From Candidatus Omnitrophota bacterium (GTDB lineage: Bacteria; Omnitrophota; Gorgyraeia; Zapsychrales; Fredricksoniimonadaceae): a stretch of 64,000 nucleotides of DNA. Position numbers and translations under genes: made by a program. Below the pieces are notes generated by a model. That model was given only the letters and a program-made list of their open reading frames with translations, was not told the origin of the DNA and searched no databases. Numbering within the stretch: the stretch's first letter is position 1; every line of letters begins with the position of its first letter. Of the stretch, positions 1 to 9,574 are shown piece by piece. The stretch spans positions 5,910 to 69,909 of the forward strand of contig JABDCU010000001.1 of NCBI GenBank assembly GCA_013287965.1. Reading direction: 5' to 3'.

Positions 1-376
1 CCACATTGCCGTTGGTCACCACCAAGCCGCCTTGCGGGGTGCTGGTGCCGATGCCGATGTTATTGCTTCCCGTCGTGGAGTAAACGATCCCCACAGCCGT
101 GGTCCATCCGCTTAAGCCGCCGGCTGTTGACCAGGTCACGTCCCCGGTGCTGTCCGTTGCTGTCAGAACATACCCTGGCGCCGCACCCTGGCCGCTCACC
201 GCCAAGCCCGTCGAACGCACCGTGCCTTGCACATCCAGCGTCTGGCCGGGCGATGCGGAGCCGATACCGACATTCATATGAATGCTGGTATTAAAAGGCA
301 TGAATGAGGCGGCCGCCACAGGCGTCAAAGCCAGCAGCACCCCAAGACCCAAGATTATTTTACGCACGGTGTTCAT
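1..376 (-). CDS. N-terminal part of a second GNVGIGT-repeat fibre/adhesin protein (runs off the left edge)
   Basis: Manual translation from ATG 376: MNTVRKIILGLGVLLALTPVAAA|SFMPFNTSIHMNVGIGSASPGQTLDVQG... It has a signal peptide and a mature N-terminus nearly identical to that of the 1318..9357 protein. Confidence 0.9.
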   Translation of the reverse strand, partial: MNTVRKIILGLGVLLALTPVAAASFMPFNTSIHMNVGIGSASPGQTLDVQGTVRSTGLAVSGQGAAPGYVLTATDSTGDVTWSTAGGLSGWTTAVGIVYSTTGSNNIGIGTSTPQGGLVVTNGNV

Positions 377-423
377 AAAGATTTCTTGACATCACCCTTC
401 AAAGACCTGCCCTTTTCAAACAT
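373..423 (-). CDS. Possible 16-aa leader ORF (MFEKGRSLKGDVKKSL)
   Basis: An SD-like AAGGGG lies just upstream of ATG 423, and the TGA stop overlaps the downstream start (ATGA). Confidence 0.3.
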   Translation of the reverse strand: MFEKGRSLKGDVKKSL

Positions 424-440
424 TGGTCCCCTTAATTCTG

Positions 441-692
441 TTACTTACAGCAATTAACATACGCCGTATAACCTGCACTGTTGCAAGTTATCCCTTGCCC
501 GCTCATTTGCACGTCACCGGAAGTGGTGCCGTTTGATACATAGCATGACCACTTGATCATCACCTCACCGGCACTGCAAGACGCACTGCCGGCGCCGCTC
601 CTTATCGTGCAGGTCCAGTTTGTTGGAGTAGAACCCGCGGCATCCACATACCCCTTAGCCGCCGCATCAGTGAACGCCGTGGATGTGGCAAG
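441..692 (-). repeat. ~250-bp direct repeat, copy B (copy A 1318..1570), encoding the tip domain
   Basis: Gap-free codon-by-codon alignment from LATxTAxTDAAxKGYVDAA to YTAYVNCCK-stop. Confidence 0.95.
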
Positions 693-1271
693 GTCATTGT
701 TGTGTCCCTTAAATTCAATTTTTCCTAAGATATCTCTCTTGTCAATGAGGCCAAACCTGGTTGCATCCAAGCTGCCGGAAACCTGATTACCCATGATGAG
801 ATAGGTGTTTTCCGGAAGCACGGGATAGCTTTTAATATAAAGTTCAAGCATCCGGATATTAGACCGGGAGATTTGATAAAATTCGCCCCGGGAATTCTTT
901 AAGGGCTTATCATCAACCATGATCCGCCAGCTGTTTTGGTCCTTATTTTCCTTAAGATTCCACCTGTCCCTGCCAACTGCCTTAACGAGCTTGATAATAG
1001 GCGCGTCACGACCCGTGTATTTGTAGGCAATGATGTCCCCCCTTTCGACTGGATGGCAGTTATAGTATCCATAAACTAACTTTACCGTCTCACCGGGATA
1101 GATCAAAGGAGCTAAAGAATATCCACGCACCTGTTTTAATTCAACCGTGGTAATGCAGCTGCCGGAATTGTCCCCCAGCGGCTTGCCCTCTTGCGCCTTG
1201 ATGGGAGTGACTCCTGAACCAAAGCACAAGATAAATAAGATTAAGAAAGTCCTTAGTCTTTTTAATTTCAT
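441..1271 (-). CDS. S26 signal peptidase I-like protein with an appended Cys-rich C-terminal domain copied from the giant fibre protein
   Basis: N-terminal hydrophobic anchor. Box B GYSLAPL (Ser), RGDII, box D IIKLV (Lys) and box E GNQVSGSLDATRFG are present. The last ~83 aa match the C-terminus of 1318..9357. Confidence 0.8.
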   Translation of the reverse strand: MKLKRLRTFLILFILCFGSGVTPIKAQEGKPLGDNSGSCITTVELKQVRGYSLAPLIYPGETVKLVYGYYNCHPVERGDIIAYKYTGRDAPIIKLVKAVGRDRWNLKENKDQNSWRIMVDDKPLKNSRGEFYQISRSNIRMLELYIKSYPVLPENTYLIMGNQVSGSLDATRFGLIDKRDILGKIEFKGHNNDLATSTAFTDAAAKGYVDAAGSTPTNWTCTIRSGAGSASCSAGEVMIKWSCYVSNGTTSGDVQMSGQGITCNSAGYTAYVNCCK

Positions 1272-1317
1272 ACTATTTATCCCAGAAATTTGTCATTAAA
1301 TGTGTCCGTCACCTTTA

Positions 1318-4300
1318 TTATTTACAACAATTAACATATGCCGTATAAGCCGCGCTGTTGCAAGTTATGCCTTGTCCGCTCATTTGCGCGTCACCGAAAG
1401 TGGTACCGTTGAGTACATAGCATGACCACGTGATCATCACCTCACCGGCACTGCAAGACGCGCTGGTATTGCCACTCCTTATCGTGCAAGTCCAGTTTGT
1501 GGGAGTAGCAGCCGCGGCATCCACATACCCCTTAGTCGCCGCGTCAGTGGACGCCGTGGGTGTGGCAAGGTTAACGATCTTTTGACTGCCCATGTCCAGC
1601 GCGCCGGCCGGCGCCCAGGTACCGATACCTACGTTGCCGTTGGTCACGACAAAGGCTCCCTGCGGAGTCGTCGTCCCAATGCCCACGTTGCCGTTGAGAT
1701 CAATGGACATCTTAACGCTTGACGGCAGGGCCGTAGCGCTGGAACTGACCTGAAAATCCATACTCCCGTACGCGCTCAAGCCATCTGAAATTTGCCAACG
1801 GCGGCTGTTGGCATTTCCCACCGTGTCCGTCAATAAGATGCCAGGGACAGTGGCCGCAGCCCCGGCAGATGAAGCGATCTCGAATATCCTGGTCGGGGCC
1901 GTAGTGCCGATACCCAGATTACCGCCTGATGTAATAGCCATCTTCGTTCCACTGTAATCAAACAAGAGATTGTTCCCGGAAACGTATTGCGTCCACAGGT
2001 TCGTTGAGGTCGTTCGATCGGCAAGCTGCAATTGCCCCAGCGATCCAAAAATGTTCACGCGGCCATTCAAAACGCTGTCGCCGTTTACATTAAATAACCC
2101 CGTCGTTCCGCCTTGCGTATAGGCGCTCGTCGTGCCGATGCCCACGTTGCCGTTTTGGTCGATACGCATGCGTTCTGTATAGGTTGATCCATCGGTGGCA
2201 GTCTTGAATACAATGACCGGGTTCCCTGCATTTTGATCGTTGGCCTGGACTGACAAACCATTGTATGTGCCGTCACCCCACTGCCTTATTTCACCCCAAA
2301 TGTTTGTAGCGTTTCGCTGAACTCTCACCGCCGCCGTATTGGAAGCGGCAGCGACTTGCAATAGGGCGCCCGGCGCCGCCGTGCCGATGCCCACGTTGCC
2401 AGCGGTTGTTATTCTCATATATTCCGTATTGTTTGTTCTCAAAACCAACGGATGGTTGGTGGCAGTACTTAAGTATCCTGCACTATCATCAGCTCCAAGA
2501 GTGGCGGTCACTGGTGTGCCAGTAGACGTCACAAAAATTGTTGGGGAACTTGATCCGCGTACATTAATTCCGCTGCTTGTAGTACTCCCAATATCAACTG
2601 TCAGCTTTTTGTCCGGCGCCGCGGACCCAATACCCACGTTACCAGCGCTGGTGATCCTCATCGCTTCAGTCTCATTCCCGGTATAAACTCTAAAATTATC
2701 ACCACTATCCATCGTTTGAATAAAACCGCCTGTTGTATCCACTCCGAATTCAGCTTTTGATCCGCTTGTATCGGTAACACGCACCGCAGACTGGCCGTTT
2801 CGTGCAATTTCGAGACCGCCTCCATTGATCGTTGGAACTGTCGTGCCAATGCCGACGTTGCCGGAGGCATTAATGGCAAGCCGGGCAGCGCTGGCAGTCT
2901 CATCATAAATAGTGAAAAGGCCGGAGCCGATCCCGCTGCCTGTGCCGTTGGAGAACAAGGTAAACGCCCTGCCCGCCGCGCTGGTATTGCTTAAGGTCAA
3001 CCCGGTATCCGTTGAAGTGCTGGTGATCTTGGCCATTCTGACCGCACTGGTGCTGCCTTCTAAAATAAAACCATTGTTCGCATCGTTATAAACATATAGT
3101 TTACTGCTGGGAGCCGCAGAACCGATGCCGACATTGTCGCTTGTGTCCATTACGATGCCGTCGCTGCCAGCCCCTCCGCTGGTGCCTGTTATTGAGAATT
3201 TCCCGTTACCTGCTCCCCCTGAAGAAATAAACCAGTCCTTGTACCCATAATTATTCAAATCTATGACAGATTTATCCCCCGTTGTCCCGCCGCGAAGATA
3301 AATAGTGTTGTCCCCGCTGTCGCCATCGTTCCCGAACCGAAGCGTGCTGCCTCCCACAAGGCTTAATTTTGCCAGCGGCGCTGTCTGCCCGATGCCCACG
3401 TCGCCGTCCGTCTGGATGGTCAATTTGGGAGCGCTGGGGATGTCGGCATTGGTGCCTATCTTGAATTTATGGCTGTCCGCGTTATCGATCCCTGCAGACC
3501 AATTTTGCTGGCCGGGAACGCTCCAAACGACCACAGGGTTATACGCACTGGCACCACCTGTGGTCAGCTGCAGAGCGGCATAAGAGCCCGATGTGTTGCT
3601 GATGTTCTTCATCAGGAAGATCATTCCACTGCCAGGGACTGATTTTTCCATATCAATGTCATACGTCGGTGCCCAGGTGCCGATGCCGATATTGCCGTTG
3701 GTCACGACGAGACCACCCTGCGGGGTGGTGGTGCCGATGCCGACGTTATCGTTCGTTGTTGTATTGGAACCTGAAAGCGTCCAGCCGCTGGCGGAAACTG
3801 TTCCCGTGATCGTCCCGCTGGCACGGATATTGCCCTGCACGTCGAGTGTGGCACCCGGAGCGATTGAGCCGATACCGATGTTACCGGTGCTTGGAATATA
3901 CATCCGCAAATTATTTCCACCGGTGGTGAGCAGGAAATTATTCCCGGAATCAATGACCTCATCTCCTAACACGTCATGGGTAACGATGTCATTATTCTGT
4001 GTGGATACGCCAAGATATGATGCGGTTGCAAAAGCAGAAGTAAAAGTTATATAGGGAGTGCTGCCATTCGTGGTACCGGTTATGTTTAATTTTGAAATCG
4101 GTAGTGTCGTGCCAATACCCACATTGCCGCTAAAATAGGAGACTCCCGTTGAATCAGATGCTAAAGCATAATTTGTCCCCACGCCTCCTGTCACTGAATT
4201 GCCGAGCCGCAAAATCATATTATTGGTAATGGTGCCATTTCCCGACCTGAACGACGGCTCAAGATCCAAGGTCGCGGCTGTCGTTAATGTGTATCCTGTG

Positions 4301-7300
4301 CCTGTGGTTTGGACCGTGGGCTGTTCGAAATAGTTAAAATAATGAGTGGCACTATTTCCAGAAAGCGTGTACACAGCGGGAACGATATCAAGCGCGGCAC
4401 CCGGCACTGTCGTGCCGATACCCACGTTGCCAGAAGCGATTGTCATGTCCGGAGAGCCGCCAACTGTGCCGAAATAAATGTTGCCGCTCCCGGAGCCGGT
4501 ATCAACCATTCCGCCTCCTGACCCGTCCAATCTAACTTCTGAAAGCCGTGCCCGGTTAAGTCCGTAAAGCGTTCCTGAATATCCCGAGGCGTAAGAGTAC
4601 AGGGCAGATTGGTCGGACTGATCATTTCTTGCTGACACTTCCGCAATACCAGTGGTTCCAGCATTCATGTTAGACACATCAAACCGTAAATTCCCTGCAA
4701 ATGACTCTTTTACCTGCAGCACCGTAGCCGGTGCCCAAGTGCCGATGCCCACGTTGCCATTGGTAACAATGAGGCCGCCTTGCGGGGTGCTGGTGCCGAT
4801 GCCGATATTGTTGCTGCCCGTCGTGGAATAGACAAGTCCGGTACCTGTGGTCCAGCCGCTCAAGCCGCCTGCTGTTGACCAGGTCACGTCCCCGGTGCTA
4901 TCCGTGGCTGTTAACACATAGCCAGGAGCCGCACCCTGTCCGCTTACCGCCAAGCCTGTTGAGCGTACTACTCCTTGGACGTCTAATTTCTGGCCGGGGG
5001 CTGTAGAACCGATGCCCACGTTGCCGGTGTTTAATATAGTCATCACAGAATTACTCAGAGTCGGATTTGAAGTATCGGCCGTACTGTTTTGAAGGAAATC
5101 AAATTCTCCTCGGTTGAAAGACCCTGTTGTCGTATACGTGATCGCGCCTTTGCCGCGATTGGCGTCAAAACTGTCTTCCGAGAACAAAATACCCGCACCG
5201 TTTCCAGTCGTAGCGTTACTTGCCGCTATCCTTATGGGATAATACAGACCAGCTGTGCTGCTCGCGTCAACATCTAATGTTCTGCCCGGATTCGTCGTGC
5301 CGATGCCCACGTTGCCGCCGTTGGGATTTAACAAAATATTGTAAGTCGCGGATAAATCACTGTAGCCTGTTGCCTGTAACCAATACGCACCTGTAGAATA
5401 ATAATTTCCAAAGTCAAGGACCCCGCCATCCCTGCCTCTTAGGCGCAGAAGTCCATAAGTTTGGGTCGTGCCGCTGTTGGCAGGCAGGCCGCCTACCAAA
5501 TGCTGGACTTCCAAAGTGGCTGCCGGCGTCACTGTCCCGACACCCACGTTGAGGGATGTCGCTGCGATGCGCATCGCTTCGGTAGGTGATCCGCCAACTC
5601 CCGCTGAAAATCTCAATGCCTGGTCACTTTCAACAGTCCCCACTGTAGATTGATTCCTAAAGTAAAGAGTCCTGTCTGTGCTGCCTGTACTATCCATCCA
5701 TGTATCTCCAAATACAGTAAGTTTTGCGCCTGTAGGGCTTGTTGTCCCGATGCCCACGTTGCCGGTGTTATCTATTCTCATGCGCTCGGCGTTGTTCGTG
5801 CCCAACAGCAGACTGGTGGCGCCGGCGGTTGTAAACCCGAAATCCGTGGAGCTTCCGTTGGTAAAAGTGTAATTGCCACTGCCGCCGTACCCAATATCTG
5901 AACCGGCAACCCTAAAAACTAAAGCCAATCTTGTCAGGCCATCCGTGATCAATGTATTATTCGAACCAACCAAATGAAGTTGCCCTCCCGGCGCCCAGGT
6001 GCCGATGCCCACATTGCCGTTGGTCACCACAAACCCACCCTGCGGGGTGTTGGTGCCGATGCCGACGTTTTGCCCGCTGCTGATGGTCATGGCACGCGTG
6101 CTGTTGGTATAGAACTCCATGGCATTATCATCCGGAGCGCCGTTATTGATGGAATAAGCGATCTTTCCCTTATTCATCGTTGTCGCGTCTCCGAATTGTA
6201 TTCCCGTATCAGCCCCGCCCGCGTTTTCCGCTTCCAATTGGAGTATGGCGTCATTGCCTGATTGCGCATGGACCCTTATGTAAGCATCCCCATTGTTTTT
6301 GATGTCAAGCAATTGCCCAGGCACCGCCGTGCCGATACCTACGTTGCCGTTGACTACCAATTTGCCGCTGAGGCCGGACGTGTAGCCGATGCCGACATTC
6401 TGTGCCGTGTCGATCGCAAGCGCTGACGATCCGCCGGTTTGAAGCACAAGCGAACGGACCGTGCCCGTGCCGGCGGCGTCCGAATTGATCATGAGATTGC
6501 CTCCGCTTGTTCCGGTTACCAAGCGCTCATAATTTGAAGCGTCCGTGTATGTCTTGTAGACGCTGAATGTGGTCGTGCTGTTGGACCGGACGGCAACGCT
6601 GTTGCCGCCATCCCTGAAAAGATACGCGTCCGGCGAAGCAACTCCCGAACTGCCCCATTGGAAACTATTGGCCGAAGATAAAATGATATTGCCACCCTGC
6701 ACAACCAATGCCGCGCTCGGTGCCCAGGTGCCGATGCCCACATTGCCGTTGGTCACCACCAGGCCGCCCTGCGGGGTGCTGGTGCCGATGCCGATATTGT
6801 TACTGCCCGTCGTAGAATAGACAATGCCGGTGCCTGTGGTCCATCCGCTTAAGCCGCCTGCGGTTGACCATGTTACGTCTCCGGTGCTGTCAGTCGCTGT
6901 CAGCACATATCCGGGCGCCGCGCCCTGGCCGCTCACCGCCAATCCCGTCGAGCGCACCGTGCCTTGCACGTCGAGTTTCTGGCCGGGGGCTGTCGAGCCA
7001 ATACCCACATTACCGCCTGTCAAAACAGTTAACGCCTGTATGCCACCAGCCCCATTTGGAAATACACCAAAACCACTACTGCCCACAAATCCTGAGTACC
7101 CTAACCGTCCATAAGCGTCTGTGCCAAGATTCGTGATGCCTGCCCTGCCATAGACCGTCACACCCAAGCTCACGCCATCGTTTGAACCCTGGACCTTCAA
7201 ATCATAAGCATTGCCTGTGTTCGTAAAGTCTCCGATAGCGGTATTTCCTGAAACTTGAAGAGGATATTGCGGGTTGAACGTGCCTAGACCGACACTGCCG

Positions 7301-9357
7301 GAAACGATCAAACCGCTGGAAGGAGCAGTATTCAACCCGGCGTACGCGCCGATACCCACAGACCCGTTAACATCCAATTTATTAAGAGGTATCGTACCTC
7401 CATTGCCGATACCCACATTGCTGTCCCCTCCCCTGATCACAATGGCTGGGCTTGAAAACGTAAGTCCGGCTGTGACTGTTGAAGGGGTGATCTCAAAAGC
7501 GTTATTCAGGTTAATATTGTTGCCGATCTGCCACTTAAAATGAGTGCTGGACGTATCGTCATAAATCATTCTTCCGCCGCCGCCGTTGGAAATATGTAAA
7601 GGGGCCTGCGGGGTAAGGGTGCCGATGCCAACGTTGCCGTTGCTGTCAATGGTCATTCGGACGGCATTATTAGTGGCCAGCTGTAACGGATTCGAACTTG
7701 TTTGAAATCCAATAATGCTTGCGTAAGGTAAGTCTCCAGTAATAAAACCTCCACCGGCACTGCTTTCTACCCCCAAGACCAATGTTCCACCGGTGTTTGT
7801 TTCCTGTATCCCGACACGATTGGTCCCTGTCATTGATCTCATGGCAAAATCACCTTCAGCCGCTCTGAAGTCTATAGGATACTGCGTCGTCCAGGTACCA
7901 ATGCCCACGTTACCGTTGGTCACCACGAAGCCGGCCTGCGGAGTTGAGGTGCCGATACCGATGTTATTGCTTCCCGTCGTTGAATACACAAGTCCTGTGC
8001 CCGTGGTCCATCCGCTTAAGCCCCCTGCTGTTGACCAGGTCACGTCGCCGGTACTGTCGGTTGCTGTCAGCACATAGCCAGGAGCCGCACCCTGCCCGCT
8101 CACCGCCAAGCCCGTTGAACGCACCGTGCCTTGCACGTCGAGCTCTTGGCCAGGGGCATTGGAGCCAATACCAACGTTGCCCGGCAGGACGATCAGCGAT
8201 CCGCCAGGTGTCGTGGTGCCGATGCCCACGTTGCCGGACGAATCTATTCTCAATCTTTCATTAGAATTGGTGCTGAAAGCCAAAGTATGCGAAGCAGGAC
8301 GGAACATCCCGTTATTTGTATCGCCACCAAAAGTGAATATGGGAGCACCCGCCGTCCCGCCGCCATTACTGCCCGCGATAACACGGTTCCATATACTCGC
8401 ATCTGTTGAGAAAACGAAATTACCTTGGTCAAAAGAACCTCCTCCATAAACCTGTAACGCGTATCCCGGCGCCCAGGTGCCGATGCCCACGTTACCGTTG
8501 GTCACGACAAGACCACCTTGCGGGGTCGTGGTACCGATGCCGACATTGCCGGCAAAACTGCTTGCATTAGTACCTACCGAGATACTTCTCCATCGCAATG
8601 GCGTCGCTGTATTACCTAAATCGTAAACATTATCGCTCGATGGATAAAACGGATCGGCGGAACGCACGGAACTAAAACCCCCGCCGAGCCGTAATAAACC
8701 TGACCCTAGATCATCCACGGCAACTTGGTTATTAAGAAGCATCTGTGGGCCAAAATTTACGCTGCCGTTCACATCAAGTATCTTGCCTGGCGCCCACGTG
8801 CCGATGCCTACATTGCCGTTGGTTACAACAAACCCACCCTGCGGAGTTGATGTGCCGATGCCGATATTGTTGCTTCCCGTCGTGGAATAGACAAGGCCGG
8901 TGCCTGTGGTCCATCCGCTTAAGCCCCCTGCTGTTGACCAGGTCACGTCCCCGGTGCTGTCGGTCGCTGTCAGCACATAGCCGGGAGCCGCTCCCTGACC
9001 GCTCACTGCTAAGCCCGTTGAGCGGATAGTGCCTTGCACGTCGAGCGTCTGGCCGGGTGTCGCGGAGCCGATGCCCACGTTCATATGAACGCTGGTGTTA
9101 AAAGGCATGAATGAGGCGGACGCGGGCAAGGCAAACGCAAGGCAAAGCAAACCAGCGATGATCAAGCTCATTAATTTTGGTTTTGCCGCCCACTTCTTGC
9201 GGTCTTCCTCTATTAATTCCCTTAAGATCGTGACAAAAGACGGATCTTCCCCCCTCATTTTTCGCTCGAGGGCCTTGATCTTCAAGTACTGGTATTGGTC
9301 CCGTGTGAGATCAATAGAAGTCTTGATCATCCGCTCTGTGGGTTTGTTCTTTGGCAT
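1318..9357 (-). CDS. Giant secreted fibre/adhesin-like repeat protein (GNVGIGT-x-x-P repeats) with an N-terminal RHH-like extension
   Basis: 2679 aa and Gly/Thr/Ser/Asn-rich, with dozens of GNVGIGT motifs. Signal peptide ...LCLAFALPASA, neck-like KIVNLATPTASTDAATKGYVD, Cys-rich tip ending VNCCK. An alternative start is ATG 9171. Confidence 0.85.
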   Translation of the reverse strand: MPKNKPTERMIKTSIDLTRDQYQYLKIKALERKMRGEDPSFVTILRELIEEDRKKWAAKPKLMSLIIAGLLCLAFALPASASFMPFNTSVHMNVGIGSATPGQTLDVQGTIRSTGLAVSGQGAAPGYVLTATDSTGDVTWSTAGGLSGWTTGTGLVYSTTGSNNIGIGTSTPQGGFVVTNGNVGIGTWAPGKILDVNGSVNFGPQMLLNNQVAVDDLGSGLLRLGGGFSSVRSADPFYPSSDNVYDLGNTATPLRWRSISVGTNASSFAGNVGIGTTTPQGGLVVTNGNVGIGTWAPGYALQVYGGGSFDQGNFVFSTDASIWNRVIAGSNGGGTAGAPIFTFGGDTNNGMFRPASHTLAFSTNSNERLRIDSSGNVGIGTTTPGGSLIVLPGNVGIGSNAPGQELDVQGTVRSTGLAVSGQGAAPGYVLTATDSTGDVTWSTAGGLSGWTTGTGLVYSTTGSNNIGIGTSTPQAGFVVTNGNVGIGTWTTQYPIDFRAAEGDFAMRSMTGTNRVGIQETNTGGTLVLGVESSAGGGFITGDLPYASIIGFQTSSNPLQLATNNAVRMTIDSNGNVGIGTLTPQAPLHISNGGGGRMIYDDTSSTHFKWQIGNNINLNNAFEITPSTVTAGLTFSSPAIVIRGGDSNVGIGNGGTIPLNKLDVNGSVGIGAYAGLNTAPSSGLIVSGSVGLGTFNPQYPLQVSGNTAIGDFTNTGNAYDLKVQGSNDGVSLGVTVYGRAGITNLGTDAYGRLGYSGFVGSSGFGVFPNGAGGIQALTVLTGGNVGIGSTAPGQKLDVQGTVRSTGLAVSGQGAAPGYVLTATDSTGDVTWSTAGGLSGWTTGTGIVYSTTGSNNIGIGTSTPQGGLVVTNGNVGIGTWAPSAALVVQGGNIILSSANSFQWGSSGVASPDAYLFRDGGNSVAVRSNSTTTFSVYKTYTDASNYERLVTGTSGGNLMINSDAAGTGTVRSLVLQTGGSSALAIDTAQNVGIGYTSGLSGKLVVNGNVGIGTAVPGQLLDIKNNGDAYIRVHAQSGNDAILQLEAENAGGADTGIQFGDATTMNKGKIAYSINNGAPDDNAMEFYTNSTRAMTISSGQNVGIGTNTPQGGFVVTNGNVGIGTWAPGGQLHLVGSNNTLITDGLTRLALVFRVAGSDIGYGGSGNYTFTNGSSTDFGFTTAGATSLLLGTNNAERMRIDNTGNVGIGTTSPTGAKLTVFGDTWMDSTGSTDRTLYFRNQSTVGTVESDQALRFSAGVGGSPTEAMRIAATSLNVGVGTVTPAATLEVQHLVGGLPANSGTTQTYGLLRLRGRDGGVLDFGNYYSTGAYWLQATGYSDLSATYNILLNPNGGNVGIGTTNPGRTLDVDASSTAGLYYPIRIAASNATTGNGAGILFSEDSFDANRGKGAITYTTTGSFNRGEFDFLQNSTADTSNPTLSNSVMTILNTGNVGIGSTAPGQKLDVQGVVRSTGLAVSGQGAAPGYVLTATDSTGDVTWSTAGGLSGWTTGTGLVYSTTGSNNIGIGTSTPQGGLIVTNGNVGIGTWAPATVLQVKESFAGNLRFDVSNMNAGTTGIAEVSARNDQSDQSALYSYASGYSGTLYGLNRARLSEVRLDGSGGGMVDTGSGSGNIYFGTVGGSPDMTIASGNVGIGTTVPGAALDIVPAVYTLSGNSATHYFNYFEQPTVQTTGTGYTLTTAATLDLEPSFRSGNGTITNNMILRLGNSVTGGVGTNYALASDSTGVSYFSGNVGIGTTLPISKLNITGTTNGSTPYITFTSAFATASYLGVSTQNNDIVTHDVLGDEVIDSGNNFLLTTGGNNLRMYIPSTGNIGIGSIAPGATLDVQGNIRASGTITGTVSASGWTLSGSNTTTNDNVGIGTTTPQGGLVVTNGNIGIGTWAPTYDIDMEKSVPGSGMIFLMKNISNTSGSYAALQLTTGGASAYNPVVVWSVPGQQNWSAGIDNADSHKFKIGTNADIPSAPKLTIQTDGDVGIGQTAPLAKLSLVGGSTLRFGNDGDSGDNTIYLRGGTTGDKSVIDLNNYGYKDWFISSGGAGNGKFSITGTSGGAGSDGIVMDTSDNVGIGSAAPSSKLYVYNDANNGFILEGSTSAVRMAKITSTSTDTGLTLSNTSAAGRAFTLFSNGTGSGIGSGLFTIYDETASAARLAINASGNVGIGTTVPTINGGGLEIARNGQSAVRVTDTSGSKAEFGVDTTGGFIQTMDSGDNFRVYTGNETEAMRITSAGNVGIGSAAPDKKLTVDIGSTTSSGINVRGSSSPTIFVTSTGTPVTATLGADDSAGYLSTATNHPLVLRTNNTEYMRITTAGNVGIGTAAPGALLQVAAASNTAAVRVQRNATNIWGEIRQWGDGTYNGLSVQANDQNAGNPVIVFKTATDGSTYTERMRIDQNGNVGIGTTSAYTQGGTTGLFNVNGDSVLNGRVNIFGSLGQLQLADRTTSTNLWTQYVSGNNLLFDYSGTKMAITSGGNLGIGTTAPTRIFEIASSAGAAATVPGILLTDTVGNANSRRWQISDGLSAYGSMDFQVSSSATALPSSVKMSIDLNGNVGIGTTTPQGAFVVTNGNVGIGTWAPAGALDMGSQKIVNLATPTASTDAATKGYVDAAAATPTNWTCTIRSGNTSASCSAGEVMITWSCYVLNGTTFGDAQMSGQGITCNSAAYTAYVNCCK
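4729..9082 (-). repeat. Four near-identical ~290-bp intragenic modules (~8788-9082, ~7885-8181, ~6718-7014, ~4729-5025), with a fifth at 1-275
   Basis: Repeated peptide LDVQGxxRSTGLAVSGQGAAPGYVLTATDSTGDVTWSTAGGLSGWTTGTGxVYSTTGSNNIGIGTSTPQ. Confidence 0.95.
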
Positions 9358-9366
9358 TTTGTTACG

Positions 9367-9552
9367 TTACTTTTGTTTTTCTTTCCATTTTTTACGGTCT
9401 TCTTCTATTAATTCCCTAAGAATAGTGACAAAAGACGGGTCCTCCCCGCGCATTTTCCGCTCGAGGGCCTTGATCTTGAGATACTGGTATTGATCGCTGG
9501 TCAGATCAATAGAAGTTTTGATCATCCGTTCTGTGGGTTTATTTTTTGCCAT
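9367..9552 (-). CDS. Small ribbon-helix-helix-like DNA-binding protein
   Basis: 61 aa. A beta-like IKTSIDL is followed by two helices (QYQYLKIKALER; SFVTILRELIEE). Nearly identical to residues 1-56 of the giant ORF. Confidence 0.7.
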   Translation of the reverse strand: MAKNKPTERMIKTSIDLTSDQYQYLKIKALERKMRGEDPSFVTILRELIEEDRKKWKEKQK

Positions 9553-9574
9553 GAATGTAAAGACAGTGACTTGA

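Noticed and set aside
441-1570. Template/variable repeat pair of a diversity-generating retroelement
   Set aside because: Differences involve all four bases and many are synonymous, not adenine-specific. There is no reverse transcriptase in the window.
441-1570. Classical shufflon
   Set aside because: The tip copies are in direct orientation and nearly the same, and no recombinase gene is present.
1318-9357. Prophage tail-fibre gene
   Set aside because: It has a Sec-type signal peptide, and there are no capsid, terminase or integrase genes nearby.
99-9493. Many plus-strand ORFs over the fibre genes
   Set aside because: Antisense shadows of the repetitive coding strand (MPTLP repeats mirror GNVGI).
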